64,000 nucleotides of DNA. Source: Acutalibacteraceae bacterium. Lineage in GTDB: Bacteria; Bacillota; Clostridia; Oscillospirales; Acutalibacteraceae. A program made the position numbers and the translations under genes. Below the pieces are notes generated by a model. The model made no database searches, had not been told where the DNA came from, and was given only the letters and a program-made list of their open reading frames with translations. The stretch lies in the NCBI GenBank assembly GCA_045613805.1, contig JAZLBS010000056.1, forward strand, positions 32,438-96,437, given 5' to 3'. This document shows, piece by piece, positions 55,573 through 63,299 of this stretch. The stretch's first letter is position 1; every line of letters begins with the position of its first letter.

Positions 55573-56700
55573 TCAATATGGCAACTCGTCTGTCCAGAGT
55601 CTTTCATACAGTTTATCTTCATCTACTGTAGAAAACACAGGTTTATTCACCGGATCCTCTGCTTCTTGCACATCTTCTGATCTTTCGTAATTGTAGATAA
55701 TTTCTTCTGTATAGTAATCTTCAGAACCAACACTCGTTATTTCTTCTTTATTACTGTCAGATACGGAAATATACTTATCGGATAAGCTGAGCACGTCGCA
55801 GTTCAGAACATCGCTGAAGAACATATATAAAATCATTATCGGCAAAGCAGAAGCAAACACTACAACAAGAGATCCTATAAGAACCGCCTCTATGGCGACA
55901 AATGCGGTTTCTGCAAAGCATACAGCTGTAAGCGCAATCATTGCTGCAACAATAAGCAATGCAAGCATCCAGAAAAGCCAGGCCATGCCGTAATCATTTT
56001 CACTGATTGTTCCTTCTTCTTTTCTGATTGTAAGAGTGCCCATGAAAGCTTCGGTGCTTACAGCGTTAACAGTCTGATCAATAGTTATGCCTTCAGGAAA
56101 ATCCTTAAAATGACCATTTTTTACCATTGTATAAATAATCATGGATTGTACGGCAGCTATAGCTCTGTCATCAAAGGTTCCGTTTACATTGATTCTTGCT
56201 CTGATATCTTCTATGCTACAGTTTGAGAAAAGCTCAGAGAAACTTCCCATAACTTCGGGAGACTCCATAACGGAAACTGCCTCATCAAGAAGTGTTTCAA
56301 GATTTTTTGATGAATCCATCTGATACATTGCTTTCAAAGCACTTTCATCAACGGTAATACCTTTTTTTATTTTGTAAATGTTCCCGAAAGAATGTTTTGC
56401 CGCCATAAGAATTTCTGCTTTTTGTTCATCAGTAAAGCCGTTCAGCATATCTGAAAGCTTTTCCTTTACCGTATCGCCCTTTGCGTCACAGACCTTTTCA
56501 TATGTGTTGAAAAGATTGTTTACGGTAGAAATAATACTATCTGCCATAAGCTCTGCCTGTTTTTCAGATTTCCCCTGCATATTTTCAAGGTAAATCTTTT
56601 TAAGAACATCCTTCGTGTCAGCACCTTCATCAAAATGAGAAAGTGCAAATGCTGTATTTTTTTGCAGCTCAATTTTTTCTTCAGGTGTTAAATTTAACAT
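55573..56700 (-). CDS. 375-aa protein: helical cytoplasmic N-domain, two adjacent TM helices, acidic C-tail; unknown function
   Basis: ORF with SD AAAGGAGG. TM hairpin ..WLFWMLALLIVAAMIALTAVCFAETAFVAIEAVLIGSLVVVFASALPIMILYMFF.. . I recognise no motif. Confidence 0.6.
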   Translation of the reverse strand: MLNLTPEEKIELQKNTAFALSHFDEGADTKDVLKKIYLENMQGKSEKQAELMADSIISTVNNLFNTYEKVCDAKGDTVKEKLSDMLNGFTDEQKAEILMAAKHSFGNIYKIKKGITVDESALKAMYQMDSSKNLETLLDEAVSVMESPEVMGSFSELFSNCSIEDIRARINVNGTFDDRAIAAVQSMIIYTMVKNGHFKDFPEGITIDQTVNAVSTEAFMGTLTIRKEEGTISENDYGMAWLFWMLALLIVAAMIALTAVCFAETAFVAIEAVLIGSLVVVFASALPIMILYMFFSDVLNCDVLSLSDKYISVSDSNKEEITSVGSEDYYTEEIIYNYERSEDVQEAEDPVNKPVFSTVDEDKLYERLWTDELPY

Positions 56701-56789
56701 AATAAAACCTCCTTTTAGATTTATTATATCTTTCCGATCTTAAAACTTCGATGGTTCATCAAGAAAAAAAGTGATTAAAAGTAGTTTTT

Positions 56790-58766
56790 TTAACAACAAT
56801 CGTTCATATATTCATTTTCCTCTATACGGGCAGCCATCAAGGAAATTCTGTCTTTCATTACTTTGAAAAAAGCTTCGTCATAATACTTATCCGATTTACA
56901 ATCTCCCTGATAATATGCTTCGATTTTTTCGCCTTTGTATTCTACCTTATATCTCTCGTTTTCGAACAGACTGTTATCCCCCACGGGAACGAAGCTTTTT
57001 CTGAGAAGTCTCACATAGCATGCAGCAATTTTATTGAGATCTGCATAAGAACTGCCAAGCGTAACAGTACCGGAATCGTTAATAGTTTTTTCTAGTGCGT
57101 TTTTCCAATCAATAAATGATATGGGAGATTCAAGCTTTTCTTCAGGAAAGCTTCTGAGAGCACTGATTATAATTTTTTCAATGTCAGCACCGGTAACAAA
57201 TTTGATTTTATCCGATTCTTTTTTGTTGCCGTTTTCATCTTCGGTAAAAAGCTTCATAATTGATTCAAGTGCTTCATCTGTGAAGCATCCTAAAGTTTTG
57301 TCATCACTGAATAAATTCTGCGGCATTTTCATACCGAATTCCTCTGCACGCTTTTTTCTGCGTCTTTCGGCTCTTTTCATCTGCTCGGAGAAAATGCTTT
57401 TACACTCCTCGTGATTAGGCATAAACACACCGTAAAGAACATCAAATCGTCCGCTTCTGAATAATTCAGGCGGAAATTTGCTGATATCGTTTGCCGTAGC
57501 AAAAACAAAGCATGGACTTTCCTTTTCCTGAAGCCAGGTGAGAAGATGTCCGAACATTCTTTTAAAGGTTCCGCCGTCACCGGAAGAGTTTGTAGCACCA
57601 CTGAGACCCTTGTCAAGCTCATCTATCCAGAGCACGCACGGTGCCATTGCTTCAGCCTGAGACAAAGCTTGTCTGAGATTCCTTTCGGACTGACCGAGAA
57701 GACCGCCCATAAGAGCATCAATGTCAAGGCGAAGCATCGGTATTCCAAGCTGACGGTAGATTACCTTTGCAGCTTCTGATTTACCGCAGCCTGGTACACC
57801 TACAAAAAGTGTTCCCTTATAATCCTTTGTGCCTGAAGTTACAACAAATCTGCCGCCGTTCCTCATTGTTATTCCTATTTTTTCAACCCATTTCACATAA
57901 GCGGACATACCACCTATCTGATTTTCTCCGGAGATTTTTTTCTCTCCTCTGTTTTCTTCTTCGTCTTTATCTTCATAATAGAGCTTCAGAAGACCGCCAT
58001 AGCGCTTTAAATTCTGTTTTTTTGCTTCGAGAATTATCTTTCTTCTTGCTTCCTCGTTGTGAAGCTTTGGTTCTCCGCTTTCCTGTGTCAGATAAAGCAT
58101 CATACTTGTATAGAACTCCACCTGTATAAGTGTAAAGCCTAACATAGAACGAGCAATCTCATCTGCATAAGAATCTTTTTCAAAAGGATGCCCGAAATTT
58201 TCCGCCAATTCAAGTACAGTGCTTTTTATTTCCTCGAAATCGGGATAATCCACCGTGATAATCTGGGTATAGGATTTAATGTCATCAGGAAGTAGTGTAG
58301 GATCGCCGTATAACAGAACGCAGCTCGATCTCAATGGAGAATGGTCATTATGTGAAAGCACATAATTTCTGACATAATTTCTCAATGCACTTATAATACT
58401 TATATTCTCAGGATTTCCTGTTGAATCAGAATTACCGTTAAGACTTAACAGCACAAGCTTTGCATTCATATTGTGATCATCATTCATTCCGGCTGAGCAC
58501 AACTCTTTAAGTGATGATATGTGTGCAGAAAAATTTTCAAAGGTTTCTAATAAATCCTTATCTAAGTCGAAAAACTTGACATACCTTTCAATTTCTACAT
58601 TTTTAACTATAGCCTTTCTGAAAAGCTCAACAGTGTTGCACCTTGCAGCTACACGGTTGGCAAGTTCAATTTCTTCTGTATCAATCATAATAAGCGGCGT
58701 GTGCGCATGGTAGTAATCTCTTACTTGTCTGCATATTTTATCAACAACACTCATTTTATTTTTCAT
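56790..58766 (-). CDS. Classical AAA+ ATPase (658 aa) with a degenerate N-terminal AAA-like half and one intact AAA module
   Basis: Walker A GVPGCGKSEAAK. Walker B VLWIDELDK. Second region of homology ATANDISKFPPELFRSGRFD. Lid FVTGADIEKII. The N-terminal half lacks a P-loop (..SSCVLLYGDPTLLPDD.., ..MLGFTLIQVEFY..). The ATG at 58766 is preceded by GAGGAG (7 nt) and overlaps the upstream stop in the string ATGAAAAATAA. Confidence 0.85.
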   Translation of the reverse strand: MKNKMSVVDKICRQVRDYYHAHTPLIMIDTEEIELANRVAARCNTVELFRKAIVKNVEIERYVKFFDLDKDLLETFENFSAHISSLKELCSAGMNDDHNMNAKLVLLSLNGNSDSTGNPENISIISALRNYVRNYVLSHNDHSPLRSSCVLLYGDPTLLPDDIKSYTQIITVDYPDFEEIKSTVLELAENFGHPFEKDSYADEIARSMLGFTLIQVEFYTSMMLYLTQESGEPKLHNEEARRKIILEAKKQNLKRYGGLLKLYYEDKDEEENRGEKKISGENQIGGMSAYVKWVEKIGITMRNGGRFVVTSGTKDYKGTLFVGVPGCGKSEAAKVIYRQLGIPMLRLDIDALMGGLLGQSERNLRQALSQAEAMAPCVLWIDELDKGLSGATNSSGDGGTFKRMFGHLLTWLQEKESPCFVFATANDISKFPPELFRSGRFDVLYGVFMPNHEECKSIFSEQMKRAERRRKKRAEEFGMKMPQNLFSDDKTLGCFTDEALESIMKLFTEDENGNKKESDKIKFVTGADIEKIIISALRSFPEEKLESPISFIDWKNALEKTINDSGTVTLGSSYADLNKIAACYVRLLRKSFVPVGDNSLFENERYKVEYKGEKIEAYYQGDCKSDKYYDEAFFKVMKDRISLMAARIEENEYMNDCC

Positions 58767-59940
58767 TTTTTTGCTCCTCAAAATAATCACCTATTGTAAC
58801 ATAGCGTTTTTCCGTCTTTTTACTGCTGTTTGTGTGTATTTTTCCTTCCGGATCAAGATACACATAATATCCCTTGTGAAAAGCAACCTCAACCGCAGAT
58901 GACTGGCACAGATATCCGATATTACGCTGAGTGTACCAATAATCTTCGATTCCTTTCTCTGTAACGGCAAGAAATCCGATATCTCTTTCCTCAGCAGCAA
59001 AGCTTATCATTTCCGAGTCGCCGAACGCTATAGTCTCCGTTTTCTCTGAAATAAAATCAGAAAAAAGTATGGTATCGACCTTTCTTTCAACCGAACAAAG
59101 ATTGCTTTCGCTTCTTACAGGATGAACATAAACGGGCAGGTTTTCAACAATGTTTATGTATCTGTAGTCACCGGGCATAAAGCTTACTGTCTCTTTTTCA
59201 CCTTCTGTATTCTCTTTGTATATATGAAGAGTTACGGGTATATTGGCAGCACCCTGACCGTGTGGGGCTGCCACAATCTTTTTATATCTAATCTGAGCTT
59301 TTTCTCCTTCAACAAGCTTTTTTGCTTCAGCAGATTTCAAAATTATTACATAAGGCTCTTCTCTTGCCTTCAGAAAAACAGCATTTTTCTCTTCTGTTAA
59401 TGAAACAGCAGTATCTGCATCATCAACCCTCTTTTTCAGATATGCATTTTCAGCCTGCTGCGCTGTTACGGAATATCCGTTTTCATCAGGATCTTTTCCC
59501 GAAATGGCATACGCTGAGGTAAGAAGACAGAAAAGTATCTGCTTATCATTTTCAGCAAGAGAGGTATCCTGAACGACATTCCATACTTTTTTTGCAAGCT
59601 CTCTGACTTTTGTTCTTTCAAGCTCATCCCTCAGATAATCTCTTTTTATTTTTGACAGTAAATTTACTCCTGTCTTTTTATGCTCTTTACAAGCGAATTC
59701 TGCCTTTTCGTAATCTGACGGTCTCCTGAACTGATAAAGGAGAAGACGTTTATCACCTAAAAATACCATCTGAAAAAAAATCTCTGTGTGATATCCGTCA
59801 ATTATAGAAAGATGTCTGACCTTATTGCGGAGAAACCCTGCAACAAGCTCTTTGTTATAAAGAACATCTTCTGCAGAGAAGTATCGACAAAAGTCTCCGT
59901 GAGTATGTATTGCTTTTGAATTCATAATCAATTGTTGCAT
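58756..59940 (-). CDS. 394-aa cytoplasmic protein, unknown function
   Basis: ORF with SD AAAGGAGAAGG. Starts 19 nt after the Hsp70-like stop and is translationally coupled to the AAA+ gene. I recognise no motif. Confidence 0.6.
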   Translation of the reverse strand: MQQLIMNSKAIHTHGDFCRYFSAEDVLYNKELVAGFLRNKVRHLSIIDGYHTEIFFQMVFLGDKRLLLYQFRRPSDYEKAEFACKEHKKTGVNLLSKIKRDYLRDELERTKVRELAKKVWNVVQDTSLAENDKQILFCLLTSAYAISGKDPDENGYSVTAQQAENAYLKKRVDDADTAVSLTEEKNAVFLKAREEPYVIILKSAEAKKLVEGEKAQIRYKKIVAAPHGQGAANIPVTLHIYKENTEGEKETVSFMPGDYRYINIVENLPVYVHPVRSESNLCSVERKVDTILFSDFISEKTETIAFGDSEMISFAAEERDIGFLAVTEKGIEDYWYTQRNIGYLCQSSAVEVAFHKGYYVYLDPEGKIHTNSSKKTEKRYVTIGDYFEEQKNEK

Positions 59941-59959
59941 TAACCCTTCTCCTTTGCTG

Positions 59960-62083
59960 TTATTTTATATCAGGCTTTTCGTCAAAGACATAGAACATCA
60001 CCTTACCCAAAATTGCTTCGGCATCAACCAAAAGCTTGGTAATTTCTTTAGAGCTTATATAATTATCACCTTTCATTTTAGAGGAAACTTTTTTCCTCAC
60101 CGTATGCTTAAATATACGTAATTTCATAATAGCATAAAGAGTTTTAAGTACAACTATCGGAATTTTAGTATCCTTTTTTTCGAGATAACCCTTTACTTTA
60201 TTCACAAGACCGTCCTTGTCAACTTCTTTATACGCAAAAATTAATGCTGCAGCCTCAAAACTTATTGGCAAAGCAATTACGGCAATTATATTAATAACAG
60301 AAGACAAAAGAGACTGTATAATTGCTTTTTCTCCGTTACTTTTATACTGTGCGCTGAATTCATCAGGCATATTTCCTTTTCCCACCGGCGTTTCAGGCGA
60401 AATACTGAAATCCTCTTTGTATATATCTCTGGAAATCTCGTTTGTTTTTTTTGAAACATCTGCACGGTAGCTTGAAACGGCTTCCGAAAATACAGTTTTT
60501 ATTTTTTGGGTTTCTGTTCCGTTTTCAGAATGAAGACCTTCTTTGCTTTTTTTTTCAATAAATGCAACAATCTCATTATAAGATTTCGGATTATTGCTTT
60601 GTATAATTTCATCTATAACCAGAAATATGGTATCCATAACATACGGAACAAAAAACTTTGAGGTTTGGTCAATCACATTTTTGTATGTTTTACACGCTTT
60701 TTTATATGCATATTTCTTATAATTTTTCAGGTAATCAATACCTTTCATCTCTAATTTCTTGATAAGACAAAGACCGTCTGCGACACAAAGTGAAGGATTA
60801 TCTATCTTGGGGATCTTTTCTTCACCGAAAATATCGGAAGCAAGCTCAGTTAAAGGAATAACCTTGCTGCAACCGCCTGCCAGAATTACCTTATCACAAT
60901 TGTTGCCTTTTAAGGTTCCTTTACATTCGAGAAGAAAGGCCCTGATTCTATCGATAAACTTACCTGTGCCTGGGCGTTCTTCTGAGTTCAGAGCTTCCAT
61001 TATAACCTCATTGGTTATTTCAAACTCTTCACAGAGCATAGAAAATTTAATTTTAAAATTACCTTTTGAATTAAAAAATCTCTCTTTTGCATCACGGACA
61101 GAGACAAGAACACCCGGCAAATCTTTGTCGGATATATCTGCTTTTTTCATCTTCTTGCCGGCAAGAAGAACATCAAGAATAAGCTTATCAATAATATGAC
61201 CGCCTATGTTAATGCTTCTGGTTACCAGTTTTATGCCGGGTAAAATATATGTAAAGTCGATGGTACTGGAGCCGAAATCAAAAATTGCAATTCCCTTGTT
61301 CAGATCAATTTTTCCGTTACCCTTGATTCTTATGTTGTTGCTCTTTAAAAGAAGAGACATAAGTGCTGCTGTTGATTCGGGTACAACAGCAACTGCTTCA
61401 ACACCTGTTGCTTCGCTTATAAGCTTTGCATATTTTTTTACGGCATCGGCTCTTGTCCATTTTGTTGAAGCGGGGCAGCCTACACAGATAAGAACTTTTC
61501 CATTTTCATATGCAGCCTCAAGATCCGCACCGTTATGAGTCCGTATCTGCTCAAAAAGCTTTTTATAATAAGCAGATATCAGTCTTTTCGGCGGATATGC
61601 CACTTCATCATCTTGTTTATCCCATATAAGAGGAGAAACCTTAAAATGCTGAAAAAAAACAGGCGCGTCTTTAGCATCCGAACCTATATACGGTTCATCA
61701 TTTTCATCAAAAGCTATCATTGTGGGAATAACAGTATCCTTTTCGGTAAGCTTTGCCGCCTCCGAAAAATATTCGGTTGTTTTTTTCTCTTCATTGTAGA
61801 CTCTTTTTAAAATATACGCCGCTGTTTCACCATGACCGAAATCAATGCCGAGAACATAATCATATTTACACTTATAAGTCTCTTCACCATCTTCTTTTTT
61901 AAAGGTTAAGCTCTTAAGAACAGAATAAAAGTCGTCTGTAGTAAGGCTGCCATTGATAAGATAACATTCTGACATTACACGTTTTTTTGATTCGGTGCTT
62001 TCTGCAGCTTTCTTTTCAGGCTCAGCTGTTTCAATTTCAGAGTCCTTCTTGACTGTTAAGTCAGTAACTTTTGTGTCGTTCAT
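59960..62083 (-). CDS. Hsp70/actin-fold ATPase (707 aa) lacking a DnaK-type substrate-binding domain, with a C-terminal hydrophobic helix
   Basis: Phosphate-1 VLGIDFGHGETAA. VPESTAALMSL (compare EPTAAA). Phosphate-2 IAIFDFGSSTIDF. IGGHIIDKLI. Adenosine motif VILAGGCSKVIPL. NPSLCVADGLC. The C-terminal ~230 aa include VINIIAVIALPISFEAAALIFAY. SD GGAGGAAG. Confidence 0.8.
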   Translation of the reverse strand: MNDTKVTDLTVKKDSEIETAEPEKKAAESTESKKRVMSECYLINGSLTTDDFYSVLKSLTFKKEDGEETYKCKYDYVLGIDFGHGETAAYILKRVYNEEKKTTEYFSEAAKLTEKDTVIPTMIAFDENDEPYIGSDAKDAPVFFQHFKVSPLIWDKQDDEVAYPPKRLISAYYKKLFEQIRTHNGADLEAAYENGKVLICVGCPASTKWTRADAVKKYAKLISEATGVEAVAVVPESTAALMSLLLKSNNIRIKGNGKIDLNKGIAIFDFGSSTIDFTYILPGIKLVTRSINIGGHIIDKLILDVLLAGKKMKKADISDKDLPGVLVSVRDAKERFFNSKGNFKIKFSMLCEEFEITNEVIMEALNSEERPGTGKFIDRIRAFLLECKGTLKGNNCDKVILAGGCSKVIPLTELASDIFGEEKIPKIDNPSLCVADGLCLIKKLEMKGIDYLKNYKKYAYKKACKTYKNVIDQTSKFFVPYVMDTIFLVIDEIIQSNNPKSYNEIVAFIEKKSKEGLHSENGTETQKIKTVFSEAVSSYRADVSKKTNEISRDIYKEDFSISPETPVGKGNMPDEFSAQYKSNGEKAIIQSLLSSVINIIAVIALPISFEAAALIFAYKEVDKDGLVNKVKGYLEKKDTKIPIVVLKTLYAIMKLRIFKHTVRKKVSSKMKGDNYISSKEITKLLVDAEAILGKVMFYVFDEKPDIK

Positions 62084-62170
62084 AATTCTTCCTCCAATGT
62101 TTTTAATTCTGTTTTAACTGTATTATAATACATTCCTTTATGTAAAAAAAACAGGTTGTCGAGAAAAAAA

Positions 62171-63100
62171 CTATTCTTTATATGGGGAACTGAACTCACC
62201 GTAATTTTCTCTGCCACTTGACAAATAGTCAACTATTTCCATGACATCGGTGGGATCCTTACGTCCGAGCAGCTTATAACCTGTGGTAATTGCTGTCAGA
62301 AACGCCAGATCACAGACCATAACAAAGTCACTGCCCGCTTTGTTTAAAAATGCTTTTGCCGTATCCGCTTCAAAACCGAAGCCTGTAATCAGCTTGAGCA
62401 GTGTACCCTGAGAGGTTCTTGATTTTTTGGAATTTTCGATTTTATCATTCGACTCTTCTTTAGTCTTTTCACTGATTTTTCTCCACGCATCCGTACTGAT
62501 ATAGGAATAAATAAGAAAATCTTCAACTCCCATACCTGTAGCTTCTCTCAATGCATATATTTCATTACGAAACTCAAAAGAAAGATAGAAATATCTGGGC
62601 ATATTAAGTGCTTTCATTTCCTCTTTTTCTTCTTCTGTGAGATTAAGCCCGACAGATAGTTTTTCAATGGTTTTATCTGAGGTATATTTCATTGCATATA
62701 TAAAATCAAGAAAAACCTTTGTATTGAGTTTTATCTCTTTACATAAGGCAATACGCTCCTTCTTAATGAGCATTTTTTTCAGCTCATCCAGAGCACTCTT
62801 TTTATTCATATATGCCAACGTATTAATCTGCTTTATCGCTCTTTCCGAAAGGCCCGTTATGTTGGTTGTGCTTTTTAAAATTTCTAAAACCCTTTCAAAT
62901 GCAACCATATCGTTTTCGAGAAAAGCCTTCTGAATATCTTCAGTTATTCCAAGATCATATACAAGTGTTTTTTCTGCACGCAGCATAAGCTTATCCATAA
63001 CAAAGTCACTGCACGCAGTTCTGCGCTTTTTTATCTTTTCATCCATTAAAAGGTTGTTCATATTCTCTTCAAGGGCAATTAATTCGCTTTTTGTAAGCAT
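62171..63100 (-). CDS. 309-aa helical protein with several degenerate HTH-like segments; first gene of the operon
   Basis: The preferred start is the MLTKSELIALEE.. ATG at 63100, with GGAG 9 nt upstream. The 40-codon N-terminal extension in the track covers the promoter. Repeated segments: DLGITEDIQKAFLEN, ITGLSERAIKQINT, VGLNLTEEEKEEM, ITGFGFEADTAKAFLNK. Confidence 0.6.
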   Translation of the reverse strand: MLTKSELIALEENMNNLLMDEKIKKRRTACSDFVMDKLMLRAEKTLVYDLGITEDIQKAFLENDMVAFERVLEILKSTTNITGLSERAIKQINTLAYMNKKSALDELKKMLIKKERIALCKEIKLNTKVFLDFIYAMKYTSDKTIEKLSVGLNLTEEEKEEMKALNMPRYFYLSFEFRNEIYALREATGMGVEDFLIYSYISTDAWRKISEKTKEESNDKIENSKKSRTSQGTLLKLITGFGFEADTAKAFLNKAGSDFVMVCDLAFLTAITTGYKLLGRKDPTDVMEIVDYLSSGRENYGEFSSPYKE

Positions 63101-63137
63101 AACACAACATCTCCTTGTACATATAATATGTGAATCT

Positions 63138-63166
63138 ATTTTAACACTTTGAACAAAATATTTCAA
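63138..63166 (-). promoter_or_regulatory. Sigma-A type promoter of the Hsp70-like/AAA+ operon
   Basis: The minus strand reads TTGAAA-17 nt-TAAAAT with a TG extension (TGtTAAAAT), about 38 nt upstream of the ATG at 63100. Confidence 0.6.
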
Positions 63167-63249
63167 CAAAAAAACAAATATATTATAAAATACATGTATT
63201 GTGATATTCATGAGCAGCAATGTAGTACTTTTGCTTATCTTACTTTTTG

Positions 63250-63288
63250 AGCAAACAAAGAAGGGCGGCTGCTAAATGCAACCGCCCC
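63250..63288 (-). terminator. Rho-independent terminator of the gene at 63300-64000
   Basis: GGGCGG (63263-63268) pairs with CCGCCC (63282-63287), extended by a further TG/CA pair. On the minus strand it is followed by TTCTTTGTTTGCTC. Confidence 0.6.
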
Positions 63289-63299
63289 GTTCAAATTGC

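Noticed and set aside
62171-63220. Longer track starts for several genes: 63220 (309-aa gene), 17664 (regulator), 8331 (alpha-galactosidase-like), 58790 (AAA+), 33222 (415-aa gene), 17562 (160-aa gene), 28986 (GH43), 44019 (NRPS)
   Set aside because: The extensions run through promoter or SD sequence, or begin at GTG/TTG with no or mis-spaced SD. Internal ATG (or GTG for the regulator) codons with a well-spaced GGAGG-type SD were preferred.
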